A DNA stretch of 64,000 bases, from assembly GCA_902805775.1 (NCBI GenBank), contig CADCUB010000104.1:3431-67430 (forward strand), written 5' to 3'. The stretch's first letter is position 1, and each line of letters starts with the position of its first letter. Of this stretch, positions 58,744 through 64,000 are shown piece by piece. The DNA is from an uncultured Frankineae bacterium. GTDB taxonomy: Bacteria; Actinomycetota; Actinomycetes; Mycobacteriales; SCTD01. Below the pieces are notes generated by a model. It was not told where the DNA came from and ran no database searches. It worked only from the letters and a program-made list of their open reading frames with translations. The position numbers and the translations under genes were made by a program.

Positions 58744-59778
58744 TCATGGGAGCGGAGCTGCCAGTGCAGCGTGACCTCGCTCGACCAGGGGCGGGACGAG
58801 CTCGCCGAGGCGCTCGAAGCCCTCGCCGACCGTCAGTCCCTGACGGCTGCGGTAGTGGATGCCCTCGAAGATCGCCGCGATCTTGAAGAACGCGAACGCG
58901 AGGTACCAGGGCAGCGGGTCGAGGTCCAGCGCGCTGTGCCGGGCGTACGCCTCGAGCAGGTGCGCGCGGCCCGGGTAGCCGGGGACCTCCGCGGGCACCG
59001 CGGCGACCGGGCTGTCCAGTCCGGCCATCCCGTCCCACCACACGACCGTCGAGGCGACGTCGGCGAGCGGGTCGCCGAGGGTGGCCATCTCCCAGTCGAG
59101 GACGGCCACGACGTGCCCGTGCGCCGGGTCGACGACGACGTTGTCGAGGCGGTAGTCGCCGTGCACGATCGCGGCGGCCGAGCTGACCGGCAGGTCCCGG
59201 CCGAGCCGGTCGGCGAGCCGGGCCAGCTCGGGCAGGTCGCGGCTGTGCGAGGCCTCGAGCTGACGTGACCAGCGCCGCAGCTGCCGCTCGAGGTAGCCCG
59301 CGGGACGTCCGAGGTCGCCGAGACCGACCTGCTCGGGGTCGAGGCGGTGCAGGCGGGCGAGCACGTCGACCAGCTCGTCGGCCAGCGCCGTGGCGGCCGC
59401 CCCGTCGAGCCGCTCGAGCTGCTGGCGCTCGCGCAGGACCAGCCCGTCGGCGAACTCCATGACGTAGAACGGCGCGCCGATGACCTCCGGACCGGCCAGC
59501 AGCAGCGGCCGGGGCACCGGCAGGTCCGTCGGTGCCAGGGCGGCGAGCAGCCGGTGCTCGCGACCCATGTCGTGGGCGGTCTCGAGCACGTGGCCGAGCG
59601 GCGGGCGGCGCAGGACCCAGCGCGACGTGCCGTCGGTGAGCACGTAGGTCAGGTTGGAGCGCCCACCCGCGACGAGGGTGGCCGACAACGGTCCGCGCAG
59701 CAGTCCCGGCAGCGCCGAGCGCAGGTGATCGTCGAGCGGCCCCAGCGGGAGGCCGGGCGGACCGGCGGACGTGGCCAT
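58744..59778 (-). CDS. APH-type phosphotransferase (aminoglycoside-phosphotransferase-fold kinase, ACAD10/11 N-domain / LvaA-like)
   Basis: 344 aa from the ATG at 59778, with SD GGAGGGGAG (the track start at 59811 is less likely). GGRSNLTY, catalytic loop IVHGDYRLDNVVV, metal site VLDWEMATLGDP. Confidence 0.85.
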   Translation of the reverse strand: MATSAGPPGLPLGPLDDHLRSALPGLLRGPLSATLVAGGRSNLTYVLTDGTSRWVLRRPPLGHVLETAHDMGREHRLLAALAPTDLPVPRPLLLAGPEVIGAPFYVMEFADGLVLRERQQLERLDGAAATALADELVDVLARLHRLDPEQVGLGDLGRPAGYLERQLRRWSRQLEASHSRDLPELARLADRLGRDLPVSSAAAIVHGDYRLDNVVVDPAHGHVVAVLDWEMATLGDPLADVASTVVWWDGMAGLDSPVAAVPAEVPGYPGRAHLLEAYARHSALDLDPLPWYLAFAFFKIAAIFEGIHYRSRQGLTVGEGFERLGELVPPLVERGHAALAAPLP

Positions 59779-59840
59779 CTGTCTCCCCTCCGTGCGGAGC
59801 GCCTCCAGCACCGCGTGCAGCGTCGTGCGCGGCCACCCCG

Positions 59841-60194
59841 TCAGCCGACGAGGACGACCTCCTCGACGAAGGCGGTGGGGAGCCGCCCGGCGTCGGCGAA
59901 GTTGCCCACGTCGGCCACCGCGGCGGCGAAGGCCGGCGAGGCCGCCGCGGCGCCGAAGGCCGCGGCGTCGGCGAAGCTCAGGCTGGCGACGCCGAGGAAG
60001 GGCGGCGCGCCGTCCGGGGCGCCGACGGCGTGCTGCTGCACGTAGCGCTCGACACCGGGCACCTCGCGCACCAGCGGCCCGTGCGTCTCGCGCCAGTAGC
60101 GCAGCGCCTCGCCGCGGTCCAGGCCGTCCTTCTCGTACAGCACGAACGTGACGGTGAACACGGCTGTCTCAGCTCTCGTTGGGGACGAGGACAC
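59841..60194 (-). CDS. EthD-family (dimeric alpha/beta-barrel) protein
   Basis: About 106-117 aa. FVLYEKDGLDRGEALRYWRETHGPLV is typical of EthD. The true start may be GTG 60161, 7 nt after the ADH stop, rather than 60194. Confidence 0.75.
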   Translation of the reverse strand: MSSSPTRAETAVFTVTFVLYEKDGLDRGEALRYWRETHGPLVREVPGVERYVQQHAVGAPDGAPPFLGVASLSFADAAAFGAAAASPAFAAAVADVGNFADAGRLPTAFVEEVVLVG

Positions 60195-61221
60195 CGCGGC
60201 CGATCATGCGGCCCTCGTCCAGCGCGTGCAGGGCCTCGTTGACGCCCTCGAGCGGGAAGGTGGTCGTCGTCAGCCGGACCGCTCCGCGGGCGGCGAGCGC
60301 CACCAGCTCGACCAGCTCGTTGTAGGTGCCGCAGATGTTGCCGACGAAGCTCGTCTCGGGGAACAGCGCCTGGCTGAGGATCTCGACCTCGAGCGTGCCG
60401 CCGTAGCCGACCAGGAAGTCGACGCCGTTGTGGGCCAGCAGCTCGACGCCGTCCTTCTCGGCGCCGCCCTCGCCGACGTAGTCGATGACCACCTCGGCGC
60501 CGAGGCCGTCGGTCAGGTCCTTGACCGCCGCCACGTGGGAGCGGTCCTCCTCGGCGCGCACGACGTGGTCCGCTCCCCAGCCGCGCGCGTGCTCGAGCGC
60601 CTCGGGACTGCGGTCCACGACGATGATCTCGGTCTGCGACAGCGCCCGCAGCGCCTGGATGCCGATGTGGCCCAGGCCGCCTGCCCCGAGCACGACGGTC
60701 CGGGTGCCGGGAACGGCGAGCGGCAGGGCCTTGCGCACGGCTCGGTAGGCGGTCAGGCCCGCGTCCCCGAGGGGCGCCACCTCGACCGGTGTGAGACCGC
60801 CCTTGATCGGCACGACCGCGCGGGCGTTGGTCTTGACGAGCTCGGCGAAGCCGCCGGGGGCGAACAGCCCGGGGAAGGTGCCTGCGACGCAGTGCATGTC
60901 GTCGCCGGCGCGGCAGGCCTTGCAGTAGCCGCACGTCGCCAGCGGGTGGAGCAGGACGGCGTCCCCGACGGCGATGTGCCCGACGCCGTCGCCCACCTCC
61001 GCCACCCAGCCGGCCGTCTCGTGCCCGCACACGAAGGGCAGGTCGATGCCGGCCGCCTTCTGCGCGGCGTCGAACTGGCCGTCCCACATGTGGATGTCGG
61101 TGCGGCAGAAGCCCGCCGCGCCGACCCGCACGATGACGTCGTTCGGGGAGGTGATGGTCGGCTCCGGCACCTCGCCGAGAGCGAAGTCCTCCCGGTACTG
61201 CGTGAGCAGGGCGGCTCTCAT
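60169..61221 (-). CDS. Zinc-dependent alcohol dehydrogenase (MDR family)
   Basis: 350 aa. Catalytic Zn ligands in GFCRTDIH and GHETAG, structural Zn cluster CGYCKACRAGDDMHC, cofactor motif VLGAGGLGH. Confidence 0.9.
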   Translation of the reverse strand: MRAALLTQYREDFALGEVPEPTITSPNDVIVRVGAAGFCRTDIHMWDGQFDAAQKAAGIDLPFVCGHETAGWVAEVGDGVGHIAVGDAVLLHPLATCGYCKACRAGDDMHCVAGTFPGLFAPGGFAELVKTNARAVVPIKGGLTPVEVAPLGDAGLTAYRAVRKALPLAVPGTRTVVLGAGGLGHIGIQALRALSQTEIIVVDRSPEALEHARGWGADHVVRAEEDRSHVAAVKDLTDGLGAEVVIDYVGEGGAEKDGVELLAHNGVDFLVGYGGTLEVEILSQALFPETSFVGNICGTYNELVELVALAARGAVRLTTTTFPLEGVNEALHALDEGRMIGRGVLVPNES

Positions 61222-61254
61222 GGACGCGTCTCTCTCTCGGGCGGCTGCACGGAC

Positions 61255-62901
61255 TCAGCCGCGCAGCTCGCGGCGCAGGATCTTGCCGGTGACGGTCTTC
61301 GGCAGCTCGTCGATCACTTCCACCTGCCGGGGGTACTTGTAGGCCGCCATGCGCTCCTTGCAGTGCGCGATCAGCTCCTCCGGCGTCACGGACGTGCCCG
61401 GCTTCACGCTGACGAAGGCCTTGACCGTCTCGCCACGCTTCTCGTCCGGCACGCCCACCACCGCCGACTCGCGCACCGCCGGGTGCTCGGCGAGGACGTC
61501 CTCGACCTCGCGCGGCCACACCTTGTAGCCGGAGGCGTTGATCATGTCCTTCTTGCGGTTGACGATGAAGATCCAGCCCTCGGGGTTCATGAAGCCGACG
61601 TCGCCGCTCTTGAGCGCCCCGCCCGGCAGGTTGGCCGCCGTCTCGTCGGGCTTGCCCCAGTAGCCGGCGACGACCTGCGGGCCGTCGGCGACGATCTCGC
61701 CGACCTCCCCGAGCGGCAGGTCGGTGCCGTCCTCGCCCTGGATGCGGACGATCGTGCTGGGGACGGGGACCCCGACGGACAGGGCCCCGGAGGTCGGGTC
61801 GACCGGTGACGGGGAGCCGAACGGCGTCAGCGTCATCGGGCTGGTCGTCTCGGTGAGCCCGTACGCGTTGTGCACCTGGGTGCCGGTGGCCTCGAGGAAC
61901 CGCCGCTCCGCGGTCGGCGAGATCGCCGCGCCGCCGGAGTAGACGGACGTGAAGGACGAGAAGTGGTCCTTCGTGAACTGCGGTGAGCCCAGCAGCGCGT
62001 TCAGCGCCGTGATCGCCCCGATGGTGCACGTCGGGCGGTGCTCGAGCAGGGCGTCGAGCACCACCTGCGGCTCGAAGCGGTAGGCCAGCACCAGCGGCAG
62101 CGGCGCGAGGAAGCTCACTGCGATGTGGCCGATCAGCCCGGTGATGTGGAACAGCGGCGCGACCCCGAACACCGACCCGCCGGCCCGGAAGCGGGCCCAG
62201 TCGCGGTAGAGCTGCGCCGTGAACACCACGTTGCGGTGGGTGTTCATCGCTCCCTTCGGCACCCCGGTCGTGCCGGAGGTGTAGGTGAGGAACGCGACGT
62301 CGTCGGCCGCCAGCTCGACCGGCGGCGGGACCTGGCCCCGGTGCTGGGCGATCAGCCCGGCCAGGTCGGTGGTCCCCTCGTGCCGCTGCCGGGTGATGCC
62401 CGAGAACAGCCGCTCGTCGTTGCGGGTCTGGTGCTCCAGCTCGCTGGTGGTCAGCACGAGCTCGACCCCGGTGTCGGGCACGACGTCGCGGGCGACGTCG
62501 TCGTACAGCGTCTCGAGCGACACCAGCACCTTCGCCCCGGAGTCCTCGAGCAGGTACGACAGCTCCCGGGTGCGGCTCATCGGGTTGATGGAGACCATCA
62601 CCCCGCCGGCCTTCCACGTGCCGACCATGCAGACGAGGAACTGCGGCACGTTCTGCAGGTAGACCGCGAGCCGGTCGCCGCGCACGAACCCGTGGGCGAG
62701 CAGGGCGCTGGCGAGCGCGTCGCTCTGCTCGTCGAGCTCCCGCCGCGTCAGGACGCCGTCGAAGTACCGGACGGCGTCACCGGTCGGGTCGGCCGACACG
62801 CCCGCCCTGAACATCGTCAGCGCGTCGGTGTGCTCGGGCTGCACGTCGGCGGGCGAGTCGCCGTACAGGCCCAGCCAGGGACGGTCGTCGTACGCGCTCA
62901 T
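61255..62901 (-). CDS. AMP-dependent acyl-CoA synthetase/ligase (FadD-like)
   Basis: 548 aa. TYTSGTTGVPKG, YGLTE, SGDVG, C-terminal VTGKILRRELR. Confidence 0.9.
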   Translation of the reverse strand: MSAYDDRPWLGLYGDSPADVQPEHTDALTMFRAGVSADPTGDAVRYFDGVLTRRELDEQSDALASALLAHGFVRGDRLAVYLQNVPQFLVCMVGTWKAGGVMVSINPMSRTRELSYLLEDSGAKVLVSLETLYDDVARDVVPDTGVELVLTTSELEHQTRNDERLFSGITRQRHEGTTDLAGLIAQHRGQVPPPVELAADDVAFLTYTSGTTGVPKGAMNTHRNVVFTAQLYRDWARFRAGGSVFGVAPLFHITGLIGHIAVSFLAPLPLVLAYRFEPQVVLDALLEHRPTCTIGAITALNALLGSPQFTKDHFSSFTSVYSGGAAISPTAERRFLEATGTQVHNAYGLTETTSPMTLTPFGSPSPVDPTSGALSVGVPVPSTIVRIQGEDGTDLPLGEVGEIVADGPQVVAGYWGKPDETAANLPGGALKSGDVGFMNPEGWIFIVNRKKDMINASGYKVWPREVEDVLAEHPAVRESAVVGVPDEKRGETVKAFVSVKPGTSVTPEELIAHCKERMAAYKYPRQVEVIDELPKTVTGKILRRELRG

Positions 62902-62907
62902 GCGGAC

Positions 62908-63870
62908 CTACTTGATCGCGAGGGGGTTGACGGGGGAGCCGCTGCCCTTGGCCACCTTCAGTGGCGCTGCGGCGTAGAAGAACTCGTACTGTCCGTCGCC
63001 GGCGCAGTCCTCGGCCAGCTGCTCGAGGTCGGCGATCTCGGTGAGCGTGACCCCGAGGTTGCGCATGAGCGCGTTGTGCAGCACCAGCGCCACGCCGTTG
63101 TTGGGGTCGAACGTCACCTCGTTGGCGATGGTGTCGGTGACCAGGTTCGGGATCTCCATGTCCTGGAACCACTGCACGAGCTCGGGGCTGTAGACCAGGC
63201 CCGGCTCGTTGAAGCCCTCGTAGAACGCCTCGCCCTGCTCGAAGAACAGCTGCAGGAAGTTGGTGCGGACCACCAGGACGTCCCGCTTGCGGATCTCGAC
63301 GCCCTGCGCCTGCGCGCAGGCCAGCAGGTCCTCGTGGCTGAAGGTCTCGCCCTTGTCGAGGGTGGGCTTGCCGCGGAAGCGCGCCATGTCGAGCAGGACA
63401 GCCCTGCCGACGACCCCCCGCTGGGCGATGGGCTCGACGCTGGCCTTCTCCATGCCGCCGATGGTCGTGCGGGCGTCGTAGCCGTTCCACAGCTTGCCGT
63501 CGAACCAGACGTGGCCCAGTCCGTCGTACTGCGTCGAGCCTTGGAGGAAGGCGTTGATCTTGTCGTCGGCGTAGTGGAGCCCGCCGGGGAACGACGGCCC
63601 GCCGGCGCCCTCGTCCCAGGCGGACTCGTCGAGGATCTGGGTCCGCTCCGCCGGAGTGCGGCCGGGCCAGACCGGGTCGCCCTTCGGGTCGCCGATGAGC
63701 CGCTGCAGGGTGAAGACCTTGCCCGACCGGATCAGGCCGGCTGCCGCGAGGACCTCCTGCGGGCCGAGGTAGTTGAGCGAGCCGACCTCGTCGTCCGGCC
63801 CCCACTTCCCCCAGTTGCTGGGGGCGTCCTTGAGGACCTCTCCGAGCGGGGGAACGGCGGCTTCGGTCAT
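62908..63870 (-). CDS. Cyclase-family (kynurenine-formamidase-fold) protein with an atypical metal motif
   Basis: 320 aa. NWGKWGPDDEVGSLNYL N-terminus. The motif position HxGTHxDxPxH reads QGSTQYDGLGH. SD GGAGGG. First gene of the 8-gene operon. Confidence 0.8.
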   Translation of the reverse strand: MTEAAVPPLGEVLKDAPSNWGKWGPDDEVGSLNYLGPQEVLAAAGLIRSGKVFTLQRLIGDPKGDPVWPGRTPAERTQILDESAWDEGAGGPSFPGGLHYADDKINAFLQGSTQYDGLGHVWFDGKLWNGYDARTTIGGMEKASVEPIAQRGVVGRAVLLDMARFRGKPTLDKGETFSHEDLLACAQAQGVEIRKRDVLVVRTNFLQLFFEQGEAFYEGFNEPGLVYSPELVQWFQDMEIPNLVTDTIANEVTFDPNNGVALVLHNALMRNLGVTLTEIADLEQLAEDCAGDGQYEFFYAAAPLKVAKGSGSPVNPLAIK

Positions 63871-63941
63871 GGGCCCTCCTGGGCGGGGTGGCGGCGCCGA
63901 CGGCGCCGGGCGGGTGGGGACGGTGCTCGGACTGCTGAGGA

Positions 63942-63962
63942 TGGTGCGTGGTGCGTGGTGCG
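63942..63962. repeat. Heptamer tandem repeat (TGGTGCG)x3 upstream of the operon
   Basis: tggtgcg tggtgcg tggtgcg, 72-92 nt upstream of the cyclase-family start codon. Confidence 0.7.
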
Positions 63963-64000
63963 GGGACGGGTCGGGTGGGGGTCCCGGTCCTCAGTCGCGC

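Overview
This is a very GC-rich chromosomal segment (third codon positions are almost all G/C; GC% was not computed). It appears to come from an actinobacterium: it carries a MabA-like FabG, an AldO-like alditol oxidase, DUF3039, a DUF222-HNH gene and a HelD-type helicase. I can support about 60 protein-coding genes. Most very long ORFs in the six-frame track are alternative-frame artefacts (Arg/Pro/Ala/Gly-rich translations) or N-terminally over-extended versions of shorter real genes. I recognised no rRNA, tRNA, CRISPR array, transposase or integrase.

Gene content, left to right:
- recQ, DUF3039, a ROK kinase, murB and rarD
- a Kef-type antiporter fused to RCK and UBP-type zinc-finger domains
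- MFS transporters, cspA with a long leader and a clean hairpin terminator
- a HelD/HelR-like helicase, fabG, and Lrp
- a TetR-controlled leucine/isovalerate catabolic operon
- an isolated DUF222-HNH (REP13E12-like) gene
- an orphan hisD
- two paralogous USP plus APC-permease modules
- a eukaryote-type UDP-glucose pyrophosphorylase
- a PadR-ABC-FtsX operon, and a GAF-GGDEF cyclase
- an MFS-AldO-CX5R phosphatase operon
- an AhpD/QOR/SDR/MarR redox island
- an eRF1-like (baeRF-type) protein coupled to a small winged-helix protein
- an AraC-associated NmrA-APC-USP-ABC operon
- an eight-gene minus-strand operon at the right end

The strongest candidates for undescribed biology are:
1. The eight-gene operon at 55025-63870. 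It combines an APH-type kinase and an atypical acyl-CoA dehydrogenase (split ACAD10/11 or LvaA/LvaC logic) with two CoA ligases, a Zn-ADH, a crotonase, EthD and a degenerate cyclase-family hydrolase. It may be a 4-hydroxy-acid or lactone catabolic pathway.
2. The baeRF-like plus wHTH pair at 46149-47577.
3. The Kef-RCK-zf-UBP fusion at 5033-7072.

All functional calls rest on motifs and remembered family signatures, not on database searches. Start codons were chosen by frame, SD or -10 context and neighbouring stops, and may be off by a few codons.
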